DNA from: an uncultured virus (IMG/VR IMGVR_UViG_3300008448_000047)
Lineage: Duplodnaviria; Heunggongvirae; Uroviricota; Caudoviricetes
DNA length: 64,000 nucleotides
Strand: one strand, 5' to 3'
IMG/VR virus record: IMGVR_UViG_3300008448_000047
The position numbers and the translations under genes were made by a program. The notes beneath the pieces were generated by a model. That model was not told the origin of the DNA, made no database searches, and worked only from the letters and a program-made list of their open reading frames with translations. Below, in pieces: positions 37,252 through 47,502 of the stretch. The first letter of the stretch is position 1. Each line of letters opens with the position of its first letter.

Positions 37252-37358
37252 ATTTTCCTTCCTGGAAGTCCACCGCCGGGAGTTCGAACTTTTCCCGACG
37301 GTGGTACAACCGATTATAGCGAGCGCGCCTCACTGGACGCGATTATCGCTATGGGTAT

Positions 37359-38390
37359 TTAGTGCCAGCTCGCTGTTGGGCTGAGAGGCGAGGTGTTTAC
37401 TGATGGGAACTCAGTTGAGTCCTGTGACCATGGGCGCACAATCTGGAGTTGGTCGCCATTAACCCACTTGTTGAATGCTGTGATGATGGTTGCTGCTTCC
37501 AAGACGTTCTTGCCTGACTGGCCTTTACGCTTCGAGCCGCCACGACCAAACCACTGGCGGAGAGCCAAGGCTGGGTTACCAAACGACAGGCCAGCACCTG
37601 TCTCGATTGCGTGACAGAACTGAGCAACCTCGATACCGCTGTGACCAGCTTTCTGACGTTCCTGGAGCATCACGCAGTAGGCGATAACCCATGCGCTATT
37701 GACGCCACCAACAACAGAAGTAATGCGGCTGGAAACTGAATGCGCTTCCTGAAGCAAGTCATGGTTATCGTCAACGAAACGCAGGATGTCTTCTGCTGTG
37801 ACAAGGTTCAGCGTGGAGCGAACGGTTGGGCTGAATCCAGCTTCCATTGCTACGAGGATACGTGCAGCGGGCTGAATGTTGTGGGTGTTCTTGTATCCAG
37901 CAACGGACAGAACGTCGGCGTAGCTACGAGTCTTGCCACGGTCAATCGTGGAGAAGACGTTGTGCGGAAGACCCAGAACAAGGACTGTCTCGAACGAAAT
38001 GCCTGCAGCCACGCATGCACTCAGACGGTGCTGGCCATTCAAAAGAACCAAGGTGTTGTCTGCCTTGACTCCTACTTGGATTGACTCGCCGTTGAACACA
38101 TACTGCCCGCGAGTAAGCACGTCTGCATACTGCTTGACACGTGCATGGGACAATGGACGGTTTTCCCCGTTGATGGTCTCCAGCATTGCTTGGGCAAGCT
38201 CTGGGTTAACAGTTGCCTTCATGACAGAGCCTGGCTGGGTGAGAGACATGACGACGATGTCATTCATTGTCAGCCCACGGCTGTCTTGACGATATGAGCC
38301 GAGGGTTTGGACACCTGTGCTCGCAATTTTCACGGTGTCTGCCGTGCCAGTTGCGGATGTCTTCGCCGCATCGGAACCATTGGTACTCAT
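37359..38390 (-). CDS. ParB/Srx-superfamily protein (xGQHRL motif)
   Basis: NRPLS...V..YA..L..G....NGESI...LLNGQHRL.A; IDRGKTRS. Confidence 0.75.
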   Translation of the reverse strand: MSTNGSDAAKTSATGTADTVKIASTGVQTLGSYRQDSRGLTMNDIVVMSLTQPGSVMKATVNPELAQAMLETINGENRPLSHARVKQYADVLTRGQYVFNGESIQVGVKADNTLVLLNGQHRLSACVAAGISFETVLVLGLPHNVFSTIDRGKTRSYADVLSVAGYKNTHNIQPAARILVAMEAGFSPTVRSTLNLVTAEDILRFVDDNHDLLQEAHSVSSRITSVVGGVNSAWVIAYCVMLQERQKAGHSGIEVAQFCHAIETGAGLSFGNPALALRQWFGRGGSKRKGQSGKNVLEAATIITAFNKWVNGDQLQIVRPWSQDSTEFPSVNTSPLSPTASWH

Positions 38391-38537
38391 AGGTTTTCCT
38401 TCAAGTAAGGCTTCAGCACTTTGCCGAAGCTGGATATAGGATAAACACGAGTTTGAGAGATTTGCAACCCCCATATCACAAAAATTCTTCCGCCCCCCGC
38501 AAACCCTTGCTGCTATTGTGACTCCAGGTGAATTTAT

Positions 38538-39566
38538 ATGAGTCATGAACTGGATTTCACAAAAAACGGCAAGGCTAGAATGGCTTATGCCCTCGGTGGA
38601 GACAGGGTTATTCCCTGGCATCGACTTGGGGCTCCCATGGAGGGTTTGCAGACGGTTGACGCCATGCTTCAGGCTGCAGAGGCCGACTATGACGTGCTGC
38701 TGACACGTGTAGCAGCAGTGGACGACAATGGCGAACTGATACGCAATTCCGATGGTTCCGTAGTTCTCATCGATGACAGCCGGGCAACAGTACGTCAGAA
38801 TTCTGATGGGTCTATTGAGCCACTCGCAACGGTTGGAACCAGGTATGTGGTGCGTCAGAACAGGGAAGTTCTAGAGCGAGCCATCGCTGTAGTTGGGGCG
38901 TCTCCAGACGATGCGGTAATGGATACTGTTGGTTGCCTAAGGGGCGGAGCAAGATTCTTTGCAACCATTGAACTGAGCGCTACCTTCATTGACCCTGCAG
39001 GTGTCAACGACAAAGTGGCTCGCTATCTAGTTGTGTCGACTGGCCATGATGGCGTGTGGCCTATCCGGTATGCCAACACAGATATCAGGGCCGTATGCAA
39101 CAACACAGTCGTGCTTGGTCTCAAGAATGCACAGCGTGTATTCACAGCACGTCACACAAGAAACGTTGACACCGTTATAGAAGACGCCCGCACTGTTCTG
39201 CACCTCTCGACAACATGGTCCGATAAGTTCCGCGCTGAAGCGGAAAGAATGCTTGCTATAAGTGCGCCATTACGCAGTAAAAAGCTTAGCGATGTATTGA
39301 ATGGCGTATTCCCTGCGCAGCGTGATGAATCATCTAGACAAAAGAAGAACAGGGAAGAACTGCTCGACCAGGTTCTGGGAATCTATGTGAATGAACGCAA
39401 CGCCGGAAGCTACGGATTCAACGGCTGGTCGCTGTATAACGCGGTGGCGGAGTACCTAGACCACAACAGAACTGATGACAAAGTAAGCAATGCCATCGCG
39501 TCAATGGACGACACATCAAGTGTTACTCAGAAAAAGTTGCTTACACACTCCTTGGTGCTAAACTAA
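38538..39566 (+). CDS. DUF932-family phage/plasmid protein
   Basis: PWHRLG, VGTRY.V.QN, GHDG, RAVCNNT, RHT, WSLYNAVAEYLDH. Confidence 0.85.
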   Translation: MSHELDFTKNGKARMAYALGGDRVIPWHRLGAPMEGLQTVDAMLQAAEADYDVLLTRVAAVDDNGELIRNSDGSVVLIDDSRATVRQNSDGSIEPLATVGTRYVVRQNREVLERAIAVVGASPDDAVMDTVGCLRGGARFFATIELSATFIDPAGVNDKVARYLVVSTGHDGVWPIRYANTDIRAVCNNTVVLGLKNAQRVFTARHTRNVDTVIEDARTVLHLSTTWSDKFRAEAERMLAISAPLRSKKLSDVLNGVFPAQRDESSRQKKNREELLDQVLGIYVNERNAGSYGFNGWSLYNAVAEYLDHNRTDDKVSNAIASMDDTSSVTQKKLLTHSLVLN

Positions 39567-39570
39567 GGGA

Positions 39571-40047
39571 ATGTCTTTCCGTGATTTTTTCAATGACGAT
39601 ATGTTCGACTGGGAAGACGACGACGACGATATTGAAATAAGCACAGACTCTCTCTCTGAAGAAGAGATGGAAGAGATGGAAGATGCTTGGATTCTGCACC
39701 GGCAGCGTCAAATAAATGCCTTTGTCAAGGCAGCCTTCGAAAACGATGGTGCTGCTGCGATGACAGACCTGCTTTTGTCTATCGAGAAACAAACCAACTG
39801 GCGTCTAGAGATAATCGCAGACAAAGACGGTCTGGAGTCAATGACATTCCACAAGTATGACGGATTTGACCCGCTGCTGTGGGAGCAGTTCATCAACTCA
39901 GATAGCTACAGAGACATGGTTTACGAAATCACGGCTGTGTCAAATAGACGCGCGCAGGAATTTGTTGAGCGCTATCTGGGAATCAAAACATCAGCCCGTG
40001 AAAAAGTTGCGTACGCGTTCCGTCGTATCGCAGAAATATTCGACTAG
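39571..40047 (+). CDS. Hypothetical acidic protein
   Basis: ORF in operon. Confidence 0.65.
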   Translation: MSFRDFFNDDMFDWEDDDDDIEISTDSLSEEEMEEMEDAWILHRQRQINAFVKAAFENDGAAAMTDLLLSIEKQTNWRLEIIADKDGLESMTFHKYDGFDPLLWEQFINSDSYRDMVYEITAVSNRRAQEFVERYLGIKTSAREKVAYAFRRIAEIFD

Positions 40048-40102
40048 TTATTGCATTTCGCATAAAGCTCAACTATCCTTCGTAGTTCAACCGAGGAGGG
40101 TT

Positions 40103-40423
40103 ATGTCGGGTATTCGTTGGGTTATTCCATTTGAGGAGCAACCGCCACAAGACGGTGCATGTATCGGTTATCCGGTTGACTGGTGGTTTCCCGAGCGTCA
40201 CGCCAGAGGTGCACGCGCGCGCGACACTGTTGTTGCAAAAGAAATCTGTTCGGGTTGTCATGTGCGCAAAGAGTGTCTAGAGTATGCAATCTCAGCCCAG
40301 GAGCAACATGGCATCTGGGGTGGATTAAATATTGATGCACGAGAACAAATAGCCAGACGAAGAAAAGCTGACGGCACACTCAAACTATTTACAAAGATTG
40401 CGATTCATGAGCAATATCTCTAA
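40103..40423 (+). CDS. whiB: WhiB-family Fe-S transcription factor
   Basis: C...WWFP...CxxC.V..EC...HGIWGG; GAGGAGG RBS. Confidence 0.9.
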   Translation: MSGIRWVIPFEEQPPQDGACIGYPVDWWFPERHARGARARDTVVAKEICSGCHVRKECLEYAISAQEQHGIWGGLNIDAREQIARRRKADGTLKLFTKIAIHEQYL

Positions 40424-42194
40424 ACCCGTAGACACAGTCCTTAGTCTTCTTGAGGGAGTGCGCCAAACAGGCCGCAACCAATGGATGGCGCGTTGCCCTT
40501 GTCGCAATGATGACCAGAACCCTTCGCTTGCTATTTCGCAGAACGACGAGGGGACAGCACTAATGCATTGTCACCGTGGTAATTCTTGTTCGCTTGATGA
40601 GATATGTAAGTCAATCGGCCTAGAGGCACGCGAGCTTTTCTCAGAGAGTGACGACGACTGGGTTCCTGCCCCTAAGTTTCAACCAGACACCCGTAGTGCA
40701 TCTACTAAGCGCAACGTAGGTAAGAAGATTGAAAAGGTATACCCGTATTACAACGAAGAGGGCACGCTTCTATATGAGAAGGTGCGCTTTCGCTTGGATG
40801 ATGGCGGAAAATCATTTGCTAATCGTCAGCCGGACCCAGCAAATCCAGGGGAATACATCTGGAACCTGAAAGAGCCGCTTGTGCGTCGTGTTCTTTATCG
40901 TCTTCCTGAAGTAGTTAAGGCAATTGCAGCAGGTGAACCCGTGTGGCTTGTGGAGGGCGAGAAAGACGCTGACACATTGGCCGATATGGGTATCTGTGGG
41001 ACAACCATGGATAGCGGCGCAGGAAAGTGGGAGCAGTCATACACCGATGTTCTCTCTGCAGCGCATGTAGAAATCATTGCCGACAATGACGAAGTGGGTA
41101 AACAACATGCTTTGGCTGTAGCGGCAAAGCTTCAGGCTGCTGGTGCTCGAGGTTGCAACATATGGATGTCGCCAACAGCAAAAGACATTACTGACCATAT
41201 TGTGTCTGGGAAAGATATTGACGACCTGATTGAACTTGGTTTTTATGAGCGCGCAGAGACAATGCCGCAGCTAGAAGAGCCAACAGAAGACACGACAGAA
41301 GACAGTCTTCTTGAGCAAATCATTGATGTATTTAACAAGAATAAGCTGACTCTCCAGCAAAAAATTAATCGCTCTGTCGTGTTGTTAAATAGCGCAGACA
41401 CACAGCACGTAACAGGTCAGCCAGGACGACTAGTTAACTGGCAAGAGTTTCTTCAGGAGGCAGAAGATGATTCATATGATTGGGTTATTCCAGGCATTCT
41501 CGAACGCAGCGAACGCGTTATGGTCGTCGCGGCCGAAGGCGTCGGCAAGACAATGTTGGCCCGCCAAGTCGCAATCTGTGCAGCGGCTGGGATACACCCA
41601 TTCACCTTCCAGAAAATCCCACCCGTCCGAACGCTAACTGTTGACCTAGAAAACCCTGAGCGCATTATCCGCCGAACCTCGCGTAGCATCATGTTGCAGG
41701 CCATGAAACATTCAGGGGCAAAGCACGTAGACGCACATATGCTGATGAAGCCAGACGGCTTAGACCTAACAAGCACAAAAGACCGCGTTCTGCTGGAGTC
41801 CTACATTGAAACCATTAAGCCTCAGCTCATCTGTATGGGGCCGATGTACAAGTCCTTTGTTGACAGCGGCACCCGCACTAGCGAAGCACTAGCGATTGAG
41901 GTGGCAAAGTATTTGGACATGATTCGTGACGTCTATGGCGTTACCTTGTGGCTTGAACATCACGCTCCCTTGGGGTCCATGGGTTCACGTGACTTGCGCC
42001 CGTTCGGTTCGTCTGTCTGGTCACGTTGGCCTGAGTTTGGTCTTGCTCTAACACCAGACCCAACCAATCCTGGGGGATACGTCTACAACGTTGGGCACTT
42101 CCGTGGAGCCCGTGACCAGCGTGATTGGCCAAAGCAGATGGCTCGTGGCACAGATTGGCCCTTTGTGGTACTAGAATTTAGTAAACACTCTTAG
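40407..42194 (+). CDS. DNA primase-helicase (Zn finger, TOPRIM, RepA-like SF4 ATPase)
   Basis: CPC..D..PSL, VEGEKD, DNDEVG, AEGVGKT, LEHH. Confidence 0.88.
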   Translation: MSNISKPVDTVLSLLEGVRQTGRNQWMARCPCRNDDQNPSLAISQNDEGTALMHCHRGNSCSLDEICKSIGLEARELFSESDDDWVPAPKFQPDTRSASTKRNVGKKIEKVYPYYNEEGTLLYEKVRFRLDDGGKSFANRQPDPANPGEYIWNLKEPLVRRVLYRLPEVVKAIAAGEPVWLVEGEKDADTLADMGICGTTMDSGAGKWEQSYTDVLSAAHVEIIADNDEVGKQHALAVAAKLQAAGARGCNIWMSPTAKDITDHIVSGKDIDDLIELGFYERAETMPQLEEPTEDTTEDSLLEQIIDVFNKNKLTLQQKINRSVVLLNSADTQHVTGQPGRLVNWQEFLQEAEDDSYDWVIPGILERSERVMVVAAEGVGKTMLARQVAICAAAGIHPFTFQKIPPVRTLTVDLENPERIIRRTSRSIMLQAMKHSGAKHVDAHMLMKPDGLDLTSTKDRVLLESYIETIKPQLICMGPMYKSFVDSGTRTSEALAIEVAKYLDMIRDVYGVTLWLEHHAPLGSMGSRDLRPFGSSVWSRWPEFGLALTPDPTNPGGYVYNVGHFRGARDQRDWPKQMARGTDWPFVVLEFSKHS

Positions 42195-42202
42195 GGTATC
42201 CA

Positions 42203-42841
42203 ATGACCGAAAAATCCAACAGCTTGACACGCGAGTTCTTAGCCGAGCGCGACTTGAGAATCTTCAAGATGCGCCAAGCTGGCGTGCCCCATGGGGAAAT
42301 AGCCCGTAGGTTCAGTATTACTACTAAGGCTGTTACGAGCGCTATATCTAGACAGTTGGAGAAACTGAACCAGGAAGCCCTGTTGGCCTACCCGGAAGTT
42401 CTTCGCATGGAGCTTGAGCGCCTGGATGCTCTTCAGCAAGCAATTTGGCCAATGACGCAGCATCGCAAGGTAACACAAGACGATGGAACAGAAGTCCAGA
42501 TAGAACCAGACCTAAAGGCCATCACGTCCGTCTTGTCAATCATGGATAGGCGCGCAAAGCTTCTAGGTATGGACCAGCAGAACGTTAATGTGAACGTAGA
42601 CATTGGGCAGAGAATTCCAGCCCGTGCTGTGTTGGCCGGCGCTCTCCCTAGGTCGGCAGCAGAAGAGTTCAGCCCTGAGTCAGAAGCGCGCAAGATGCTG
42701 GAGTTGATGGGCAAATCGGGTGTTATGCCCGCGGATTACGTTGATTCAATACTTAACAAAACTAAACAACTAGAGAACATCCAGGTAGACGATGACATCG
42801 TTGATGCCGAGGTGGTGGAGGAAAGGCTTCCCGATGAGTGA
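42203..42841 (+). CDS. Terminase small subunit-like HTH protein
   Basis: N-terminal HTH; ELERLD.L...W; AI..VL.IMDRRAKLLG.D. Confidence 0.6.
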   Translation: MTEKSNSLTREFLAERDLRIFKMRQAGVPHGEIARRFSITTKAVTSAISRQLEKLNQEALLAYPEVLRMELERLDALQQAIWPMTQHRKVTQDDGTEVQIEPDLKAITSVLSIMDRRAKLLGMDQQNVNVNVDIGQRIPARAVLAGALPRSAAEEFSPESEARKMLELMGKSGVMPADYVDSILNKTKQLENIQVDDDIVDAEVVEERLPDE

Positions 42842-43145
42842 AGACAATATCGAAGCAGCAATGGATAAGGTGGCAGACTCTATTACTCCCACCCGAAAGA
42901 AGAACACAGGAACTTCTCCTGGTGAGCCAACACAGAAGCAGGTATTGGTCCGTGTCACAGAGTCTGACCATAAGCGCTGGCAGGAGTCGGCCGAAAAGAC
43001 TGGCATGTCCATGGCGGAGTTCATACGCCTAGCAGTTAATGACGCCTGCGCCAAGACCGGAGAGTGTCAACACCCCCTAGAAAGTCGCAAATCATACCCG
43101 TGGGCATCATTTTGTCTCTTGTGTAACACCCGTCTTAGTGGTTAA
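42834..43145 (+). CDS. Ribbon-helix-helix protein with C-terminal Cys motif
   Basis: QVLVRVTESD..RW...A...GMSMAEFIR. Confidence 0.7.
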   Translation: MSEDNIEAAMDKVADSITPTRKKNTGTSPGEPTQKQVLVRVTESDHKRWQESAEKTGMSMAEFIRLAVNDACAKTGECQHPLESRKSYPWASFCLLCNTRLSG

Positions 43146-43153
43146 ATAGATAC

Positions 43154-43387
43154 ATGAGTAATCAAGGCGCAGACAAGGTAAAAATTATCCTCGATGGTTC
43201 ATCTCTTCGTGCAGAAAAGCTGTCTGAGCGCGTGGGGCAGGCGTTCTTTAATATCCTGCATGTCAATTACCCAGAAGTAGCTGATTCTATACGTGGTTCT
43301 GAATACGACCCATTTCACCTTGATTCAGTGAGTGATGCGACGCAAGACAAGGTCGCTGAGTTAATAAATGAGGCTGGCATACAATGA
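43154..43387 (+). CDS. Hypothetical protein
   Basis: RVGQAFFN.L...DPFH. Confidence 0.65.
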   Translation: MSNQGADKVKIILDGSSLRAEKLSERVGQAFFNILHVNYPEVADSIRGSEYDPFHLDSVSDATQDKVAELINEAGIQ

Positions 43388-43701
43388 ATGAACTGACAGA
43401 CAAGAACTTCGATGCATTTATTCGCTCGTCAGACAAGCCAGCAATCGTAGACGTATGGGCTTCATGGTGTGGCCCGTGTTCGTTCTTTACTCCAATCATT
43501 GAGGAAGTTGCCCGTGAACATGCGCAACATATTTCTGTTGGGACACTAAACGTTGATGACTACCCGGAGATTGCGCAGCGTTACAGCGTTATGAGTATCC
43601 CTACGGTCTTAGTATTTGTTAATGGTCGGGTTGACAAACAGGTTGTTGGCGCGTACCCTAAAGACAAATTCGTAGAACAAATCAGCCAATACCTCGGTTA
43701 A
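43384..43701 (+). CDS. trxA: Thioredoxin
   Basis: WCGPC; VMSIPT. Confidence 0.95.
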   Translation: MNELTDKNFDAFIRSSDKPAIVDVWASWCGPCSFFTPIIEEVAREHAQHISVGTLNVDDYPEIAQRYSVMSIPTVLVFVNGRVDKQVVGAYPKDKFVEQISQYLG

Positions 43702-43708
43702 CAGGCTC

Positions 43709-43781
43709 CGGTCTGTAACTCAATTGGCAGAGTAACGGGCTTTTAACCCGAGAGTTGTGGGTTCGAGTCCCACCAGACCGA
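43709..43781 (+). tRNA. tRNA-Lys(UUU)
   Basis: CGGTCTG/CAGACCG acceptor; loop CTTTTAA; GTTCGA T-loop. Confidence 0.85.
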
Positions 43782-43792
43782 CAGGAGTATTT

Positions 43793-43939
43793 ATGAGCAA
43801 GAAGACTGACATCATACGCAAGGCTCTCAACAACAAGGGAATCCCGATTACCAATGGAATCCCTGAACATATTGAGACAGCGTTGCGCCTAAACGGTTAC
43901 AAGATTAAGAAACGTAAGCACAAGCACAATGCCAATTGA
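43793..43939 (+). CDS. Small basic hypothetical protein
   Basis: AGGAG RBS. Confidence 0.55.
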   Translation: MSKKTDIIRKALNNKGIPITNGIPEHIETALRLNGYKIKKRKHKHNAN

Positions 43940-44126
43940 TGACATCAAAGACAACAGCATCATAATATTGCGCTGCTGTCGAGACTGGCCGTGTCATGTG
44001 GGCGAAGCTGCATACATGAGTGGGCGTTGCGGAATATGTCGTCGTATTCCTGGGGTAGTCTGGGAAAACTACCCTCAGGAACTATACGCCCGTAACCGTG
44101 TTAGCGAACTGGACACGCTCCTGTAG
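43929..44126 (+). CDS. Small Cys-rich hypothetical protein
   Basis: Coupled ORF. Confidence 0.45.
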   Translation: MPIDDIKDNSIIILRCCRDWPCHVGEAAYMSGRCGICRRIPGVVWENYPQELYARNRVSELDTLL

Positions 44127-46026
44127 AGCAGTCGTCTAGGTCTAGAAGACCACCCGTGGCAACCTGCATCGGAACACTCATGTCCAACTTGGAGACAAGC
44201 TTCTCATATGTCTGTTGGTCAATCTCTTCGTATGGGGGAAGAGGGAAGTTGTGGTCTGCGTGCAACAAGAATGACACTGACTTAACACCCGTGTCATAGT
44301 TTTTCTCCAACCACTCTTTGATGCCGGCGAGCTCTTCCTTGCGGTAGTACACAGTCACTGACACCGCGTTGTCAGCCCACACTGTTTGCATGCGCTTGAC
44401 CCATTGCAGTTGCTCGATTGCTGTCATTTCTGCAGCAAGTACTGAACCCTCTGGTGATTCGCAAGGGAATTCAACAACATAGCGTGTATGGTCTTCGCGA
44501 CCGTCAAGGCCGATGTCCCACTGCACCTTGTGCCCGCGAGCACGACATGCCGCAACAAGCGGGTCGGCAGCACCAAAGCGAACGCGACGGATGTAGTACT
44601 TGGCGTATGCAGGGTGAATACCTGGCGTAACACCTGGGAGAAGAGAGAGAGTACCCGAAGGCTGAACCGTCGTTAAACGAACAGACGTAGGTAGTCCATT
44701 CTTCTTGGAGTATTCCTTGTCGAGTGCTTCAAGCTTTTCGTATGCAGGAGACAGCCATGAAATCTTTTCTTCTGAGCACTGCAAGACGCCCGTGATGCTT
44801 TGACCAAGACGAGCGTTCTTGCGAACAATCTCTGTCGTCTTTTCGTATGGGTAGTTCATGCGTGTAATGCTTTTTTGAACGACATAAAGAAGTTCAGATA
44901 TTTCACACAGTTGTTCGAATGAATCGATGTTTGGAAGGAACAATGTTGACAGGTTGCAGGACTCTCCGTCTCCAAGACCAATCTCTGCACATGGGTTAAA
45001 GCCTTCGATGGTGTTGTCCACTTTGCGCTCACCAAGACGCCCGTATGAGCGTGCAAGACGACGATTGACGAGACCATATGGCTCGCCTGAACCGTCGTAT
45101 CCCTTCCATAGTTCTGGAAGAATCTCATCGAAGTGGTCTGCATAGATACTGTTGTTGGAGTTGGCACGATATGCCGGAACATTACCCGTAGACCAATTCT
45201 TTGCACGAAGGAACAGAACATCGTCTGGGTCGCCAATAGCAATCTGTGCAGAGCGACGTGATGAGCCAGAAACAACAATCTTTCCAATGATGTTGCAGAT
45301 GTCAAGAACATCGATGCTGCGTAGCTTCTTGCCTTCGCGGTTCTTCATTACCTTGCAAATATCTTCGATGCCATCAATGAGCGCGCCAGGTCCGCTTGCT
45401 GTTCCACCAAATGTCTTGAGTGGTGCTCCAAATTCGCGAACCAGAATTGTGGAGTATGAGAAAGACTTACCCGTGTCGAAATATGACTTCAACACACTAT
45501 GCAAAAGACGACGCCAGCCAGTACGGCTATCTGGAACGATGATGTCTGCATCGTTGGTGCGTTCGTGAGTAATTGATACTCCTGTTTTGACCTTTGGAAG
45601 TTCGTGAATCTTGGAACGCTCTACAGAGAAGCCAACGCCGCCACCAAGCATGAGGTAATCGAATAGAAGTTCGAAGTCTTCTACCTTCTCGATGTTTGTG
45701 AAGTAGCAGTTGTTTAGCGATGTGCCACTGAACTGCTTAACCAATGGTGTGCCAAGCTGCCACAGCGCGCGACCTGACAGAGAGCAACGTAGATAGAACA
45801 TGTGGTCGAACAGCTTCTCTGCTTGTTCTTGGCTAAGTGGTGCACCAATTTCAATAGCACCATCAATAGCCCGTACGATACTTTCTGTCCAAGTTTCGTT
45901 GCGACCAAGACCTTCGACAGGACGGCTGTACGTTCTCAAGTACACCACTTCACCTAAACCGCCAAACCCCCAAGGAGTTTGTTTCTGTGAATATGAAGAT
46001 AGGAATTCTGGTGTAAATGCTGACAT
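44101..46026 (-). CDS. nrdJ: Class II (adenosylcobalamin-dependent) ribonucleotide reductase
   Basis: RTYSR, LNNC, GGGVGF, RRSA, NPCAE, ESCNL, QPSGT, C-terminal CSTGACP. Confidence 0.93.
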   Translation of the reverse strand: MSAFTPEFLSSYSQKQTPWGFGGLGEVVYLRTYSRPVEGLGRNETWTESIVRAIDGAIEIGAPLSQEQAEKLFDHMFYLRCSLSGRALWQLGTPLVKQFSGTSLNNCYFTNIEKVEDFELLFDYLMLGGGVGFSVERSKIHELPKVKTGVSITHERTNDADIIVPDSRTGWRRLLHSVLKSYFDTGKSFSYSTILVREFGAPLKTFGGTASGPGALIDGIEDICKVMKNREGKKLRSIDVLDICNIIGKIVVSGSSRRSAQIAIGDPDDVLFLRAKNWSTGNVPAYRANSNNSIYADHFDEILPELWKGYDGSGEPYGLVNRRLARSYGRLGERKVDNTIEGFNPCAEIGLGDGESCNLSTLFLPNIDSFEQLCEISELLYVVQKSITRMNYPYEKTTEIVRKNARLGQSITGVLQCSEEKISWLSPAYEKLEALDKEYSKKNGLPTSVRLTTVQPSGTLSLLPGVTPGIHPAYAKYYIRRVRFGAADPLVAACRARGHKVQWDIGLDGREDHTRYVVEFPCESPEGSVLAAEMTAIEQLQWVKRMQTVWADNAVSVTVYYRKEELAGIKEWLEKNYDTGVKSVSFLLHADHNFPLPPYEEIDQQTYEKLVSKLDMSVPMQVATGGLLDLDDCSTGACPVR

Positions 46027-46093
46027 AGCCTTGCTTTCTGTTGGAGGTCCCTTGTTTGAGAGACTCTATTCTACAACAGCACCCGTAAGCAAG

Positions 46094-46411
46094 TCAGTCT
46101 AGAATTCCCAACTCTTTTGCTTTGTCAACTGTGACATAACTTCCTTTGTGATGCACGATTACGCGAGCTTTAGTGAACGGAGTTATTTGTCTGTCTTCGT
46201 ATATATTCTCTTCAACTAAGACTGTTTGTGTGTCTTTCATTGTTTCAAGAGTGCTGTCAGTAAATGCGATGTGATTGATACCAACTGCTTCGTTGTCTTC
46301 GTGTTGTGCGCAGTCTCCTGTTGGATGCTGGCACACAGGGCATGCGTCACGTCCTGCTCTGAGGATGGGGATGCCAAAGACAGTGTCCTGATTGCGGAAT
46401 GCGTCGCTCAT
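46094..46411 (-). CDS. Hypothetical protein
   Basis: CPVCQHPTGDC. Confidence 0.6.
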   Translation of the reverse strand: MSDAFRNQDTVFGIPILRAGRDACPVCQHPTGDCAQHEDNEAVGINHIAFTDSTLETMKDTQTVLVEENIYEDRQITPFTKARVIVHHKGSYVTVDKAKELGILD

Positions 46412-46444
46412 TAAATAATGTTACACGGGGTTACCCGTGAGCCT

Positions 46445-46795
46445 TTAGCGTTTGAACCAGGCTAGGAATTTCTTCTTGACGCTTGCTGGCTTGACATCAT
46501 TTGCGTAGATGACTTTACCATTAACTGTTGCACTGACGTCTGCTGTATCGCTCTGGAATACATTCCAAATGACATCGGCATCAACAGTGCTTGTTGTGGT
46601 GCTTGTCTGAGAAACCTTGGCGACCTTCTTCGGCGCTGCCTTCTTCTTGGGCGCAGGCTTCTTAGGTGCGCTCTTCTTGGGAGCACTGTCTTTTGCTGCA
46701 GCTCTTTTAGCTGGCACCTTCTTGGCAGGTGCTTTCTTTGCAGCGGCCTTCTTCGCAGGGGCCTTTTTGTCTGTCTTCTTCTTTGGTGTTGCCAT
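46445..46795 (-). CDS. Histone-H1-like Lys/Ala/Pro-rich protein
   Basis: KKAPAKK-type repeats. Confidence 0.7.
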   Translation of the reverse strand: MATPKKKTDKKAPAKKAAAKKAPAKKVPAKRAAAKDSAPKKSAPKKPAPKKKAAPKKVAKVSQTSTTTSTVDADVIWNVFQSDTADVSATVNGKVIYANDVKPASVKKKFLAWFKR

Positions 46796-46852
46796 AACGG
46801 ATACATTAGTCGCCAAATCACACCCGTGGCGTAACTAGGCTAGTATGGCTAA

Positions 46853-47482
46853 ATGGGACAGGCCAAATATCCTCATCGCCTAGACAAGTTGGCTGTATCG
46901 CTACTGAGTGCTGTGAACGCCAAGGAGCAGTGTGTCAAGCAATACGGCATTGGCGAAGACCTGCCTATGTCAATCTTCTGCTGGAAGGAAAACGGGCTAG
47001 AGCTTGTGCTGTCGTTGGCTCAAACTCCTGAGACGAGAGACCACACAGAGCGGTTCAAGCGTGTGAGCGAGGCTATATGTATCGTCAAGAAGGGATGGGG
47101 CGTAGACGCCTTTACGATGGTGTCAGAGGGCTGGGTAAGTACCAATCCTGAGGCAACGTCAGGTAGGGAGCTGAGCGAAGTCTACGTTGAGAAAGACTCA
47201 CCCGTAAGCGAATGTTTGGCTATAACTCACGTAGAAAACGACGAAGTCACCTTCCTGGCTAAGCCTTATAAGCAGCTATGGGGAAGGAAGGTTGAATGGG
47301 AAGAGGAGCTGTACTTTCCTGGCAAGACGCTGGTCAGAGGACAGGACGCTATGTATCCAAACCTATTCGCCAGAGTGCTGGACGAGGTGGCCTACGAGGA
47401 ACCACCTGAGGACGAGGAGACGTACTACTCCTCACTGAGTAACGGGCTGTCTGATAAAGGCTTCGCTTGCGAATGGATGTAA
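46853..47482 (+). CDS. Hypothetical protein
   Basis: Long ORF; weak similarity to 26636..27211. Confidence 0.7.
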   Translation: MGQAKYPHRLDKLAVSLLSAVNAKEQCVKQYGIGEDLPMSIFCWKENGLELVLSLAQTPETRDHTERFKRVSEAICIVKKGWGVDAFTMVSEGWVSTNPEATSGRELSEVYVEKDSPVSECLAITHVENDEVTFLAKPYKQLWGRKVEWEEELYFPGKTLVRGQDAMYPNLFARVLDEVAYEEPPEDEETYYSSLSNGLSDKGFACEWM

Positions 47483-47502
47483 CCCGTATCGCCCGTGGGC
47501 TT

